Positions 10,318 through 20,051 of a stretch of 60,875 nt of DNA are shown here, piece after piece. Position 1 is the stretch's first letter. Each line of letters begins with the position of its first letter. The stretch lies in NCBI GenBank assembly GCA_004212975.1, contig SHBF01000002.1, positions 1 through 60,875 on the forward strand, given 5' to 3'. The DNA comes from SAR86 cluster bacterium. GTDB lineage: Bacteria > Pseudomonadota > Gammaproteobacteria > Magnimaribacterales > D2472. The notes beneath the pieces were generated by a model, which saw nothing but the letters and a program-made list of their open reading frames with translations, had not been told where the DNA came from and searched no databases. Made by a program: the position numbers and the translations under genes.

Positions 10318-11577
10318 ATGGAGAAGTTGTTAATCAAAGGAGGGAATCAACTCTCTGGAAAAATAACATGTTCAGGCGCAAAAAATGCAGCCTTACCGAT
10401 GGTTGCATCGACGATTTTGTCTGATGAAAAAGTTACTTTAAAAAATCTTCCATATCTTCAAGACATAACCACAATGTTTGAGCTTTTAGGTTCAATGGGC
10501 GCTGATATCTTATTAGATGAAGATATGCACTTCACAATACAATCAAATAATCTCAAAGATATTGAGGCTAGGTATGAATTAGTTAAAACAATGAGAGCTT
10601 CAATATTAGTTTTAGGTCCTTTGCTTGCTAAATATGGTAAAGCAAGAATAGCACTTCCTGGAGGCTGTGCTATTGGATCACGGCCTGTAAATTATCATCT
10701 TGATTCTCTAAGACAAATGGGAGCTGAGATAGTCTTAAAAAATGGTTATATTGAAGCATCGGCAAAAAATTTAAAAGGTGCAAATATTAGATTTGATGGA
10801 GTTACTGTTACAGGCACTGAAAATTTAATGATGGCTGCTACACTTGCAGAGGGCAAAACAACTTTATTAAATGTTGCAAAGGAACCCGAGATTGCTGATT
10901 TAGCTGATATGTTAAATTTGATGGGAGCAAAAATTGATGGAGCAGGATCAGATAAAATTACTATCCAAGGCGTTGAAAAACTAAGTGGAACTTCATTTGA
11001 AATACCTGCCGACAGAATAGAAGCTGGAACTTATCTAGCAGCTGCAGCAGTCACTAAAGGAGACATAAAAATTGAAGGTATCAATCCAAACAGACTTATG
11101 AAAGTTATTGATAAATTAATAAATACTGGAGCAAAAGTTGACTGTGATGAAGATTCCATTTCATTTAGCATGTCGAATGATATTCCTGACCCAGTAGATA
11201 TCACAACAGCCCCATTTCCTGAATTTCCAACAGATATGCAAGCTCAATTTTCTGTTATAAATGCAATTTCAAGTGGGACTGCTAATATTTATGAGACTAT
11301 TTTTGAAAATAGATTTATGCATATTCTTGAACTAAACAGAATGGGATGTGATATTTCGGTTAATGGTAATCATGCAATAATTAAAGGGGTGAAGTCTTTA
11401 TATGGTGCTGAAGTTATGGCAACAGACTTAAGAGCATCTGCAAGCTTAATTCTTGCTGGGCTATGTGCTAAAGGCGAGACAGTCGTAGATAGAATTTATC
11501 ATATAGATCGTGGATATGAGAGAATCGAGGAAAAATTAAATTATTTAGGTGCAAATATATTAAGACTTCCTAGTTAG
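10318..11577 (+). CDS. murA: UDP-N-acetylglucosamine 1-carboxyvinyltransferase MurA
   Basis: 419 aa, colinear with MurA: SGAKNAALP, the active-site loop LPGGCAIGSRPVNYH with the catalytic Cys, and HIDRGYERIEEKL. Confidence 0.96.
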   Translation: MEKLLIKGGNQLSGKITCSGAKNAALPMVASTILSDEKVTLKNLPYLQDITTMFELLGSMGADILLDEDMHFTIQSNNLKDIEARYELVKTMRASILVLGPLLAKYGKARIALPGGCAIGSRPVNYHLDSLRQMGAEIVLKNGYIEASAKNLKGANIRFDGVTVTGTENLMMAATLAEGKTTLLNVAKEPEIADLADMLNLMGAKIDGAGSDKITIQGVEKLSGTSFEIPADRIEAGTYLAAAAVTKGDIKIEGINPNRLMKVIDKLINTGAKVDCDEDSISFSMSNDIPDPVDITTAPFPEFPTDMQAQFSVINAISSGTANIYETIFENRFMHILELNRMGCDISVNGNHAIIKGVKSLYGAEVMATDLRASASLILAGLCAKGETVVDRIYHIDRGYERIEEKLNYLGANILRLPS

Positions 11578-11594
11578 ATCTTGCGTTAAAGGAA

Positions 11595-12581
11595 TCAAAA
11601 ATCTATAGATATTATTTCATTGTCTTCATTTAAAATTTCCATGCTTAAATTTTCACCAAGTGTGGCAAATTTTAAAGAACTCGTTAAATTACTCCAACTT
11701 GCTGTTTCATCATTTATGCTGAGTATTACGTCATTTATTCTTACACCTTTTTCAAATAAAGGACCTTTGTTCTGCATCTCAATAATTCTCAATCCACTAC
11801 TGACATAACCACCTTTATTAATCCTAATTTTTGTGACTCTAAAATTACCTATCCAAAGACTTTGAAGCTCACCAAATCTAATTAGCTGAGTTGCAATTTG
11901 AACAACCAGGTTTGATGGTATTGCAAACCCGATACCTTGATATGCTCCAGTTCTTGAAAAAATTTTAGAGTTGATACCAATCAAATTACCATTTACATTA
12001 ATTAATGCTCCGCCAGAATTTCCTGGATTTATTGCAGCATCTGTTTGGATTAATTGTAAATAAGGATTTCCATAATCTCTTCCGGTAGCACTAATAATTC
12101 CTTTTGAGACTGAAATTCCAATTCCATATGGATCACCAATCGCAAGCACATCATCACCTATTTTTAATTCATCAGAATCTGCAAAATTTATGGGTTTTAG
12201 TTTTTCATCCGGTATTATTTTAAGAACTGCTATATCTGTATTTTGATCTGCACCAATTATGCTTGCAGGATAGTTATTTCCATCATCTAGCTTAATATAT
12301 ATTTCATCTCCCGAAATAATATGCCAGTTTGTAACAATATAACCATCTTCAGAAAAAATTACCCCAGATCCAATGCCATTTGTATTGTTAGAAAAATTCT
12401 TGTTTTGATTCGATATAACTGTAACCACTGAGGATATTGATTTTTCTGTTGCTAAAACCAATTTGTTTTTATCATTAGATATAAAGTACCATGTGCCTGC
12501 AAATGTAATAATAATTACTAAAAGATAATTTAGAAAATTAATTTGAAAAGATTTCATAATGTCTATCGTTAAAAATATCAT
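11595..12581 (-). CDS. degS: Periplasmic serine endoprotease, DegS/AlgW type (trypsin domain + one PDZ)
   Basis: N-terminal anchor; catalytic triad contexts TNWHII, DIAVLK and GNSGGALIN; a single C-terminal PDZ. An alternative start at 12557 (MKSFQ...) would abut rather than overlap zapE. Confidence 0.8.
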   Translation of the reverse strand: MIFLTIDIMKSFQINFLNYLLVIIITFAGTWYFISNDKNKLVLATEKSISSVVTVISNQNKNFSNNTNGIGSGVIFSEDGYIVTNWHIISGDEIYIKLDDGNNYPASIIGADQNTDIAVLKIIPDEKLKPINFADSDELKIGDDVLAIGDPYGIGISVSKGIISATGRDYGNPYLQLIQTDAAINPGNSGGALINVNGNLIGINSKIFSRTGAYQGIGFAIPSNLVVQIATQLIRFGELQSLWIGNFRVTKIRINKGGYVSSGLRIIEMQNKGPLFEKGVRINDVILSINDETASWSNLTSSLKFATLGENLSMEILNEDNEIISIDF

Positions 12582-13608
12582 CGATACTCTTAAAAACCAA
12601 GGAGCTAATCCAGATTTGTCTCAAATAAATCTAATTGAAAAGCTATGTAAGATGAACATTTCAAAGAAATTTTCATTTAAAAAAGTATTCACTAAAGATA
12701 ACTTACTGGGAACATATATTTGGGGTGATGTTGGTAGAGGAAAGACTCTCATAACAAAAACATATCTTAAAGAGTTGAAAAGAGATGATATAAAAAGCTT
12801 TCATTACATAGATTTGATGAGCTATATACATGATCAACTAAATAAAAATTCTGGAGTAAAAAATCCACTCTCAAAAATATCTAAAACTTTAACCACAGAT
12901 ACCAGCATTATATTTATAGATGAATTTCAGGTTGAAGATGTTGCCGATGCAATGATAATAGGAGACCTGTTGAAACTTATTTCAGGGCATGGAACAAAAA
13001 TAATATTGACTTCAAATGCTCATCCTAATGATTTGTATCTTGATGGACTTCAAAGACAAAAATTTTTAGCCTCTTTAAAGATATTTTTAGAAAATGTAAA
13101 TATTCATAAGCTTGACGGAGACATAGATTATAGAACAAGAAATATAATCAAATTTGATGAGCATGATAGTAATAAAATTATTTCAGATGTGGAAATATCT
13201 AACTTCATAATTGATAACTTTGGTTTAGATCAACAAAAATCAGATCAAATATCAATTAATGATAGAAAATTTACTTGTAAACTTGTTTCTAATAATATTC
13301 TTTGGATTGAATTTAATGATTTTTTTAGGAAAGCTACAGGATCCAAGGATTACACTTACATTTCAAATAAATTCGATTGGGTATTTATAAGTAATTTTAA
13401 AAAAAATAATGATGATTCGATTGATGTTATAAGAAGATTTATATCATTTATAGATATAACATACACAAATAGAACAAAAATTAAATTTTTCTTTAATGAT
13501 ATTGATATTGAAAATATATATACAGGCTCAAAGATTGAAAACTTATGGGTTAGATGTAAAAGCAGACTGTCCGAAATGAGAACACAAGAATATTTAACTA
13601 ATAATTAG
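12559..13608 (+). CDS. zapE: Cell division ATPase ZapE (AFG1-like)
   Basis: Walker A GDVGRGKT, Walker B IIFIDEFQVEDVADA, AFG1-family length, and position upstream of rplM-rpsI as in E. coli yhcM. Confidence 0.85.
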   Translation: MSIVKNIIDTLKNQGANPDLSQINLIEKLCKMNISKKFSFKKVFTKDNLLGTYIWGDVGRGKTLITKTYLKELKRDDIKSFHYIDLMSYIHDQLNKNSGVKNPLSKISKTLTTDTSIIFIDEFQVEDVADAMIIGDLLKLISGHGTKIILTSNAHPNDLYLDGLQRQKFLASLKIFLENVNIHKLDGDIDYRTRNIIKFDEHDSNKIISDVEISNFIIDNFGLDQQKSDQISINDRKFTCKLVSNNILWIEFNDFFRKATGSKDYTYISNKFDWVFISNFKKNNDDSIDVIRRFISFIDITYTNRTKIKFFFNDIDIENIYTGSKIENLWVRCKSRLSEMRTQEYLTNN

Positions 13609-13631
13609 TTTAATTAAAATTTACATAAATA

Positions 13632-13660
13632 TTGCTATATTTAGCTCTAAACATTAATAT
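13632..13660 (+). promoter_or_regulatory. Candidate sigma-70 promoter TTGCTA-N17-TAATAT upstream of rplM-rpsI
   Basis: The hexamers and the 17-nt spacer were read directly. AT-rich context means chance matches are common. Confidence 0.35.
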
Positions 13661-13681
13661 TCGCTACTCAAATAAATGATT

Positions 13682-14113
13682 ATGAAAACATACTCTTTAA
13701 AAAAGGAAGAAGTCCAAAGAAATTGGTTTGTTGTAGATGCAACAGATAGGGTATTAGGTCGAGTTGCTACTAAAATTGCTGACAAAATTAGAGGTAAAGA
13801 TAAACCGTCATTCACTCCTCATACTGACGGCGGTGACTATGTGATTGTTATTAATGCTGAGAAAATTAAAGTTACTGGATCTAAATATAATAATAAAATA
13901 TATTATCGCCACTCTTTGTATCCTGGAGGTTTGAAATCACAAACTTTCAAGGAACTAATTGAAAAGAACCCTGAAAGAGTCATTGAAGAAGCTGTGAAAG
14001 GAATGCTTCCTAAAAATAAACTTGGAAAATCGATAATTAAAAAACTTAAAGTTTTTCAAGGTCCAAATCATGATCACGAGTCTCAACAACCAGCTGAGTG
14101 GAATCCTAGCTAA
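13682..14113 (+). CDS. rplM: 50S ribosomal protein L13
   Basis: [20 protein letters not shown]... aligns from residue 1 with E. coli L13 ([20 protein letters not shown]). The upstream ATG at 13676 adds two residues. Confidence 0.96.
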   Translation: MKTYSLKKEEVQRNWFVVDATDRVLGRVATKIADKIRGKDKPSFTPHTDGGDYVIVINAEKIKVTGSKYNNKIYYRHSLYPGGLKSQTFKELIEKNPERVIEEAVKGMLPKNKLGKSIIKKLKVFQGPNHDHESQQPAEWNPS

Positions 14114-14505
14114 TGAGTACTGAAATTTTCTATGCAACCGGAAGAAGAAAAACTTCCTCAGCAAGAGTGTATTTGAAAAAAGGAAAAGGTGATATATCTG
14201 TTAATGATAGAAAGCTTGATGAGTATTTCGGTAGAAAAGTTGCTCAGATGTTGGTTATGCAACCACTTGAACTTCTTGATTTATCTGAAAAACTAGATAT
14301 CAATATCAAAGTTAAGGGCGGAGGAAGTTTTGGACAAGCTGGCGCAATTAGACATGGAATCTCAAGAGCTCTTACATCTTTTGATGAAGAATTAAGACCA
14401 CAACTTAAAAAAGCAGGTTTGCTTACAAGAGATCCAAGAAGAGTTGAAAGGAAGAAGCCTGGACTAGTAAAAGCTAGAAAAAGTAAGCAATTTTCTAAGA
14501 GATAA
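14113..14505 (+). CDS. rpsI: 30S ribosomal protein S9
   Basis: 130 aa with [19 protein letters not shown] and the C-terminal [22 protein letters not shown]. It overlaps the rplM stop by 1 nt (TAATG). Confidence 0.97.
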   Translation: MSTEIFYATGRRKTSSARVYLKKGKGDISVNDRKLDEYFGRKVAQMLVMQPLELLDLSEKLDINIKVKGGGSFGQAGAIRHGISRALTSFDEELRPQLKKAGLLTRDPRRVERKKPGLVKARKSKQFSKR

Positions 14506-14564
14506 ATATAGCTTAAAAGCCATACTTATTTTTAATTATAAGCAGATTTTATATTACATATTTA

Positions 14565-14573
14565 TGGTATAAT
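14565..14573 (+). promoter_or_regulatory. Extended -10 element TGGTATAAT upstream of petABC
   Basis: Exact TGnTATAAT in the 100-bp rpsI-petA spacer, 32 nt before the petA ATG. Confidence 0.4.
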
Positions 14574-14605
14574 TTTCTGCGTTATTTGATTAGCACACAC
14601 CCTTA

Positions 14606-15187
14606 ATGCAAGATAAAGATAAAACTAGAAGGAAAGTATTAATTGGCCTAACAAGTGCAGTTAGTTTGTCAGGTTTACCATTTGCTGCAACTCCATTTAT
14701 TGCTGCATGGAATCCAAGTGCAAAGGCAAAAGCTGCAGGTGCGGCAGTTAAATTGGATGTTTCTAAGATGCAATACGGACAACAAATACAAGTTTCATGG
14801 AGAAAACAACCTGTTTTTATTGTTAGACATACTGAAGAAAGTATTGCCAGCTTAGATTTGGCTTTACCAAAATTAGCAGATCCAAATAGCGATCAGATTG
14901 AAGAACCTTACAGAGGTCTAAATCCATCTAGATCAAAAAGTCCAGAGTATTCAGTATTTTCAGGTGTATGTACTCATTTGGGTTGCGCACCAAAATATTT
15001 TCCTAAAATTGAACCTAAGCCTTGGGACGCTACATGGAATGGTGGATTTTTTTGTCCTTGCCATGGTTCAATGTTTGATATTGTTGGAAGGGTTTTTAAA
15101 GGAGTTCCTGCACCAACAAATCTTATAGTACCACCCCATATGTTCGATGGAAGTATATTAACAATTGGAGAGGATAAGGAGTTATAA
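14606..15187 (+). CDS. petA: Ubiquinol-cytochrome c reductase Rieske iron-sulfur subunit
   Basis: Tat-like N-terminus (TRRKVLIGL) and both Rieske boxes, CTHLGC and CPCHGS. Confidence 0.93.
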   Translation: MQDKDKTRRKVLIGLTSAVSLSGLPFAATPFIAAWNPSAKAKAAGAAVKLDVSKMQYGQQIQVSWRKQPVFIVRHTEESIASLDLALPKLADPNSDQIEEPYRGLNPSRSKSPEYSVFSGVCTHLGCAPKYFPKIEPKPWDATWNGGFFCPCHGSMFDIVGRVFKGVPAPTNLIVPPHMFDGSILTIGEDKEL

Positions 15188-16405
15188 ATGACTGAAATAG
15201 CTGGAAAATTATTTACTTGGATAAATACAAGACTTCCGATAGTTAACACTTTTGAGAGGCACCTTTCAAAACATCCTGTTCCTTCAAAGGTAAACTTTTG
15301 GTATTTATTTGGCGCACTTGCTGCGGTTACTCTTATTATTCAAGTTGTTACTGGAATATGGTTGATAATGCCTTACTCTAATACTGAGGAACAAGCCTTT
15401 TCTTCTATTGAATATATTATGAGAGACGTTGACTACGGATGGGTTATTAGATACATGCACACAACAGGTGCATCATTATTTTTTGCAGTAGTATATCTTC
15501 ATATGTTTAGAGGGCTTTTATATGGATCATATCAAAAACCTAAAGAGTTAGTTTGGATTTTTGGGTGCACAATTTATCTTGCTATGATGGCTGAAGGCTT
15601 TCTTGGTTATGTTCTTCCATATGGTCAGATGTCATATTGGGGAGCTCAAGTTATTATCTCACTATTCGGAGCAATTCCATATATTGGAGAATCACTTGAA
15701 TTATGGGTAAGAGGAGACTATTACATATCTGGCATTACAGTTTCAAGATTTTTTGCTTTACATGTTGTCGCACTTCCTTTAGTTTTGATTGCACTAGTTT
15801 TTCTTCATTTAGTTGCTCTTCATGAGGTTGGCGCCGGTAACCCAGAAGGAGTTGATATTGAAGAACATCTTGATGAAGATGGTGTCCCCCTTGATAGCGT
15901 GCCATTTTTTCCATACAAGGTATTGAATGCTTTAGTAGCAATTGGTGTTTTCATGACAGTATTTTCAATAATTATGTTCTTTTTTCCTGAAGGAGGCGGT
16001 TATTTCATTGAAATGGCAAATTTTCAAGAAGCAAATCCATTAGTAACTCCAGATCATATTGCACCTGTATGGTATTACGCTCCTTTTTATACAATGCTGA
16101 GAGCAATTCCAGACCCACTTGGTGGTTTGATTGTTATGGCTTCTGCAGTGGCAATTTTCTTTATAGTTCCATGGCTAGATAGAAGCAAGGTTGCGTCAAT
16201 TAGATATAAAGGAATTTATAGCAAGATTGCTATAACTATGTTCGGAGTTAGCTTTTTAACACTTGGATATTTAGGAACTGTTGGAGTGACAGAAGTAAGA
16301 AAAACAATGAGCGTCATTTGTACAATAATTTATTTTGCATATTTCTTGTTAATGCCAATTTATACAAAGTATGAAATCACTAAGGAAGTCCCTGAAAGAT
16401 TATGA
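15188..16405 (+). CDS. petB: Cytochrome b of the bc1 complex
   Basis: 405 aa with NFWYLFGAL, IRYMHTTGAS, the heme-ligand His pairs and PDHIAPVWYYAPFY (PEWY-type motif). Confidence 0.96.
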   Translation: MTEIAGKLFTWINTRLPIVNTFERHLSKHPVPSKVNFWYLFGALAAVTLIIQVVTGIWLIMPYSNTEEQAFSSIEYIMRDVDYGWVIRYMHTTGASLFFAVVYLHMFRGLLYGSYQKPKELVWIFGCTIYLAMMAEGFLGYVLPYGQMSYWGAQVIISLFGAIPYIGESLELWVRGDYYISGITVSRFFALHVVALPLVLIALVFLHLVALHEVGAGNPEGVDIEEHLDEDGVPLDSVPFFPYKVLNALVAIGVFMTVFSIIMFFFPEGGGYFIEMANFQEANPLVTPDHIAPVWYYAPFYTMLRAIPDPLGGLIVMASAVAIFFIVPWLDRSKVASIRYKGIYSKIAITMFGVSFLTLGYLGTVGVTEVRKTMSVICTIIYFAYFLLMPIYTKYEITKEVPERL

Positions 16406-17229
16406 TTTCTATGGCTAACCGCTTTCAAATTATTTTAAAAGGCGTAGTTTTATTTATTTTATTATTTTATTTTAATGAAATGTATGCAGCTGAGGGCGGT
16501 CCTTGTAAGGACTATGGAGAGTGTGACAAATTTCAATATTCACTTAATGATATCGAGTCTCTTCAAAGAGGGGCTTCTACTTATATCAATTATTGCTATG
16601 GATGCCATTCACTTAAATTTTCAAGATGGGGAAGAGTAGCTAAAGACTTGCAAATACCAGAAGATATCTTTTTTGAAAATCTTGTTTTTGATAAATCCAT
16701 AAAGCCCGGTGATTTGATGGTTGGCGCTATGCCAGAAGATTCTGCAGATTGGTTCGGGGTTGAACCCCCAGATCTTACTTTGGTTTCCAGATATAAAGGA
16801 GATGATTGGATATATTCATACTTGAGAGCATATTATGAAGATTCATCAAAACAATATGGTGTAAATAATTTAGTTTATCCAGGAACCGCAATGCCGAATG
16901 TTTTGATGTCACTTCAAGGAAATCAGAGACTAGTTTGCAAAGATGTTCCTGTGCTTGCTAGAAATGGTGGAGAAAAAAGGGATGATTTTGGAAATACAGT
17001 CTTTAAAGAAAAGTGTGGATTTCTTGAGGTTCAGGATGGTACAGGCATATTAACGAATGAAGAATTTGATACATTAATATATGACCTAACAAACTTTTTA
17101 GTTTATGTAGGTGAGCCAAGTAAAGCGACTAGAGAAAGAATCGGCTGGTATGTTGTTTTTTATTTCTTAATTTTTACAGCATTATCTTCACTGCTATATA
17201 GAGAGTATCATAAAGACTATAATAAATAA
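16402..17229 (+). CDS. petC: Cytochrome c1
   Basis: Signal peptide, heme motif CYGCH, C-terminal membrane anchor (WYVVFYFLIFTALSSLLY), and ATGA overlap with petB. Confidence 0.9.
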   Translation: MISMANRFQIILKGVVLFILLFYFNEMYAAEGGPCKDYGECDKFQYSLNDIESLQRGASTYINYCYGCHSLKFSRWGRVAKDLQIPEDIFFENLVFDKSIKPGDLMVGAMPEDSADWFGVEPPDLTLVSRYKGDDWIYSYLRAYYEDSSKQYGVNNLVYPGTAMPNVLMSLQGNQRLVCKDVPVLARNGGEKRDDFGNTVFKEKCGFLEVQDGTGILTNEEFDTLIYDLTNFLVYVGEPSKATRERIGWYVVFYFLIFTALSSLLYREYHKDYNK

Positions 17230-17247
17230 TTAATATATGAAGGGAAA

Positions 17248-17862
17248 ATGATTTTATATTCTGACAGAGATGATCACTATAGCCAAAGAGTTAGAATTGT
17301 CCTTGCTGAGAAAGATATTTCAGCTGAGATCAATGAAAATAAACCAGAAGAAACATCTGATGAAATTCTTTCAATTAGTCCTTATCATAAATTACCAATT
17401 CTAGTTGATAGAGATTTGGCGATCCATGATCCATCTGTAATGATGGAGTACTTAGATGAAAGATTTCCTCATCCTCCTCTTCTGCCAGTTTATCCAGTGG
17501 CAAGAGCAAATTGCAGAACATTAATGCTTAGAATAGATAGAGAATGGTGCCCGCTTATAGATTCACTTATTCAAGGTGAAAAATCTGAAAAAGAAATGAT
17601 GAAAATTAGAGAAGAACTTTTGCATGAGATTTCATCAATAGCACCTACATTTAAAGAGTTCCAATTTTTTATGAGTGACGAGTTTACTTTAGTGGATTGT
17701 TGCTTTGCGCCATTACTCTGGAGGCTATCATCAATTGGCATAAAGCTGCCTGTGAATAGACATTTAAAACCTTTAATAGATTATCAGAATTCAGTATTTG
17801 AGAGGCCTGGGTTTTTAGATAGCCTTTCATCTATTGAAAGAGATCTTAAATCTAATAAGTAA
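17248..17862 (+). CDS. sspA: Stringent starvation protein A (GST-like)
   Basis: Colinear with E. coli SspA, including IVLAEK, MEYLDERFPHPPLLPVYPVARA; follows petABC as in Pseudomonas. Confidence 0.9.
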   Translation: MILYSDRDDHYSQRVRIVLAEKDISAEINENKPEETSDEILSISPYHKLPILVDRDLAIHDPSVMMEYLDERFPHPPLLPVYPVARANCRTLMLRIDREWCPLIDSLIQGEKSEKEMMKIREELLHEISSIAPTFKEFQFFMSDEFTLVDCCFAPLLWRLSSIGIKLPVNRHLKPLIDYQNSVFERPGFLDSLSSIERDLKSNK

Positions 17863-18778
17863 AATCTGCAGTTGAAACTTTCCATAAATTTAAATTACGA
17901 TCCATACAACCACTTCTCTTAATCTTTTTATTTCCAGAAATAGGTAATAGATTTTCTTTAAACAAATTATTTTGAAAGACTTTTTCGATAATTAAGAAGT
18001 CTCTTATTAAACTATTCTCAATCTCGCTTTTAATTAAAGGATCTTGTTTTTTTGAAATATTTTCAATCATTTTTTTTGTAATTGGAATATATGTATTTTC
18101 GAAATCAACTAATTTTTTTATATCATTTGCATCATGAAATATTTCACTTGAAGAAAATGTGTCCATATTAAGTGCATAACTCCTAAATATAGGCACGATT
18201 GTTTTTCCAACATCATAATCAGTTATATAGTAAATACTACCAATATCATCCCTTATTCTAGGTGAATGAGATATTTTCAGACTAGTATCAAATTTAGACA
18301 AATCATTATAATTTTCTATACTTAAATCGACATTAAGAATTTCTTTTATTTGTGTGTCAAAATTTTCAGGCATAATCATAAAATATTCCTCTTCAGGATA
18401 TTTATTTTTTAAAAATGATGCGATATTTTCATAATTTTCAGAAAAAACAACAATAACTTTTTTGTTTACATCTTTTTTGCTTTTAAAAATATTTTTTTCT
18501 AGCACCTCTCTTTCTTCCTCAATAAGGCTTTTACAAAAATATTTTAAATCTGAATTGAGTATATTGTTCGCAAGAACATATGAATCTTCGTCACCAAAAC
18601 TTATTGAAAATATATCACCATCTTTTAACAATGATTGAATAATAATTTCCTTGTTTTTATTAGTGGTTTTAATTTTTAAATTAATATCAGGTTCAACAAA
18701 GTCTCGTCTCTGTGACATTGAGCAAGATGAAATAAAAATAATTAAACAAGATAGAATTAATGTTAAGCTAAATTTCAT
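17852..18778 (-). CDS. Outer-membrane lipoprotein, probably a reduced LpoA (PBP1A activator) C-terminal domain
   Basis: Lipobox (IFISSC). SPRIRDDIGSIYYITDYDVGKTIVPIFRSYAL resembles the LpoA C-domain motif (R.R.DID.I...P.L.F). Divergent from rsmI as lpoA/yraM is in E. coli and Pseudomonas. Only 308 aa. Confidence 0.5.
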   Translation of the reverse strand: MKFSLTLILSCLIIFISSCSMSQRRDFVEPDINLKIKTTNKNKEIIIQSLLKDGDIFSISFGDEDSYVLANNILNSDLKYFCKSLIEEEREVLEKNIFKSKKDVNKKVIVVFSENYENIASFLKNKYPEEEYFMIMPENFDTQIKEILNVDLSIENYNDLSKFDTSLKISHSPRIRDDIGSIYYITDYDVGKTIVPIFRSYALNMDTFSSSEIFHDANDIKKLVDFENTYIPITKKMIENISKKQDPLIKSEIENSLIRDFLIIEKVFQNNLFKENLLPISGNKKIKRSGCMDRNLNLWKVSTADFTY

Positions 18779-18795
18779 AAATTTATTATCTTAAA

Positions 18796-19608
18796 ATGTT
18801 ATATTTTATTTCAACTCCAATCGGTAATTTAAATGATATATCACTAAGGGCTATAGATGTTATAAGATCCTCTGATTATTTGTATGCAGAAGATACAAGA
18901 AATATAAAAAAATTATTAAATTTCATTAACTTTAAAGTTAAATCAAAAAGTTTTCACGAGCATAACGAACATAGGGTGTCACTAAAAATTATCGAAAATT
19001 TAAAAAATGGAAACATTGTTTCAATAGTTTCAGATGCTGGAACTCCAATTGTATCTGATCCTGGATATAAGTTAATACAAATATGTTTGAAGGAAAATAT
19101 TAAATATACTTTAATCCCTGGTCCTTCTTCAGTTTTGAGCTCTTTAGTAATGTCTGGTCTGTCACCTGATAGATTCTCTTTTTACGGATTTATTCCAAGA
19201 AAAGCAGGTGACCAAAATAGATTTTTTGAAGCTTTATCTAATGATGAAAAAACATCAATTGTATTTGAATCACCAAAGAGAATTAAAAAAACTCTCATTA
19301 ATTTACAAAAATTTTTAGGTAAAAATAGAAAAATTTCTTTGTGCAAAGAAATGACGAAAATTCATGAAGATGTTTTTAGAGGAAAAATTTCTGAAATCAT
19401 AAAAGATATTGAAAATGATCAAATTAATCTTAAAGGAGAGTTAGTTTTAGTAATTGAAGGAGCAAATAATAAAATAGATCTAAATATTGATATGCAAATA
19501 AAAAAGGAATTTTTATCAAAGTTATCAGCCTCTGATTCGGCCAAGTTAATCTCTATGTTAACAGGGAAAAATAAAAGAGATATCTATAAAAAGCTTATAG
19601 AAAAATAA
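18796..19608 (+). CDS. rsmI: 16S rRNA (cytidine1402-2'-O)-methyltransferase RsmI
   Basis: Tetrapyrrole-methylase fold: LYFISTPIGNLNDISLRA, YAEDTR, SDAGTPIVSDPG, IPGPSS. Confidence 0.9.
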   Translation: MLYFISTPIGNLNDISLRAIDVIRSSDYLYAEDTRNIKKLLNFINFKVKSKSFHEHNEHRVSLKIIENLKNGNIVSIVSDAGTPIVSDPGYKLIQICLKENIKYTLIPGPSSVLSSLVMSGLSPDRFSFYGFIPRKAGDQNRFFEALSNDEKTSIVFESPKRIKKTLINLQKFLGKNRKISLCKEMTKIHEDVFRGKISEIIKDIENDQINLKGELVLVIEGANNKIDLNIDMQIKKEFLSKLSASDSAKLISMLTGKNKRDIYKKLIEK

Positions 19609-19616
19609 AAAATGCT

Positions 19617-19622
19617 TATAAT
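19617..19622 (+). promoter_or_regulatory. -10 hexamer TATAAT for rnpB
   Basis: Perfect TATAAT starting 9 nt after the rsmI stop. It ends 7 nt upstream of G19630, the first base of the predicted P1 helix. Confidence 0.4.
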
Positions 19623-19629
19623 AGCGTCT

Positions 19630-19960
19630 GAGTTGGTTGGATGATCGCTAAATTTATTTAGAGGAAAGTCCGGACTTCGAAGAGCAGGGCGCCAGGTAAC
19701 ACCTGGGAGGCGTGAGCTTACGGAAAGTGCAACAGAAAATATACCGCCATTTATTGGTAAGGGTGAAAAGGTAAGGTAAGAGCTTACCGCTTGAGTGGTA
19801 ACATTTAAGGCATTGCAAACCCCAGCCCGAAGCAAAACCAAATAGAAATCCAATAAAGTTGCTCGCTTTGGATTTGGGTAGGTTGCTAGAGTATTATGGC
19901 AACATAATATCGAGATAGATGATCATCTAAAACAGAATCCGGCTTATAAACCAACTCAAC
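19630..19960 (+). ncRNA. rnpB: RNase P RNA, bacterial type A
   Basis: Universally conserved blocks were read directly: GAGGAAAGTCCGGAC, CAGGGCGCCAGGTAACACCTGGG, AGTGCAACAGAAA, GGTAAGGGTGAAAAGGTAAGGTAAGAGCTTACCGC, AGCAAAACCAAATAG, GGGTAGGTTGCTAGAG and ACAGAATCCGGCTTATAAACC. P1 pairing is GAGTTGGTT (19630-19638) with AACCAACTC (19949-19957). Ends are accurate to within a few nt. Confidence 0.95.
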
Positions 19961-19990
19961 TCTATTTTTGTAGATTTTTTGCCTTATATA

Positions 19991-20030
19991 AATGTGTGAA
20001 AAAGTGTGCAAAAGTGTTGCAAAGTGTGTA
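19991..20030 (+). promoter_or_regulatory. Four 10-bp-phased direct repeats (AATGTGTGAA / AAAGTGTGCA / AAAGTGTTGC / AAAGTGTGTA): candidate MraZ operator
   Basis: Exact 10-nt register, ending 21 nt upstream of the mraZ ATG. Published MraZ operators are phased direct repeats at the dcw promoter: TGGGN in E. coli and AAAGTG[T/G] in Mollicutes, as I recall them. Confidence 0.6.
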
Positions 20031-20045
20031 AAAAGTCTTTATATT
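20017..20045 (+). promoter_or_regulatory. Candidate Pmra promoter TTGCAA-N17-TATATT overlapping repeats 3-4
   Basis: The hexamers and the 17-nt spacer were read directly. The -10 ends 6 nt before the mraZ ATG, and no SD is present. Confidence 0.35.
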
Positions 20046-20051
20046 TTGTAG

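Noticed and set aside
19584-19853. 89-aa ORF on the minus strand
   Set aside because: It lies antisense across the RNase P RNA gene, whose conserved blocks are unmistakable on the plus strand. This is an ORF-caller artefact.
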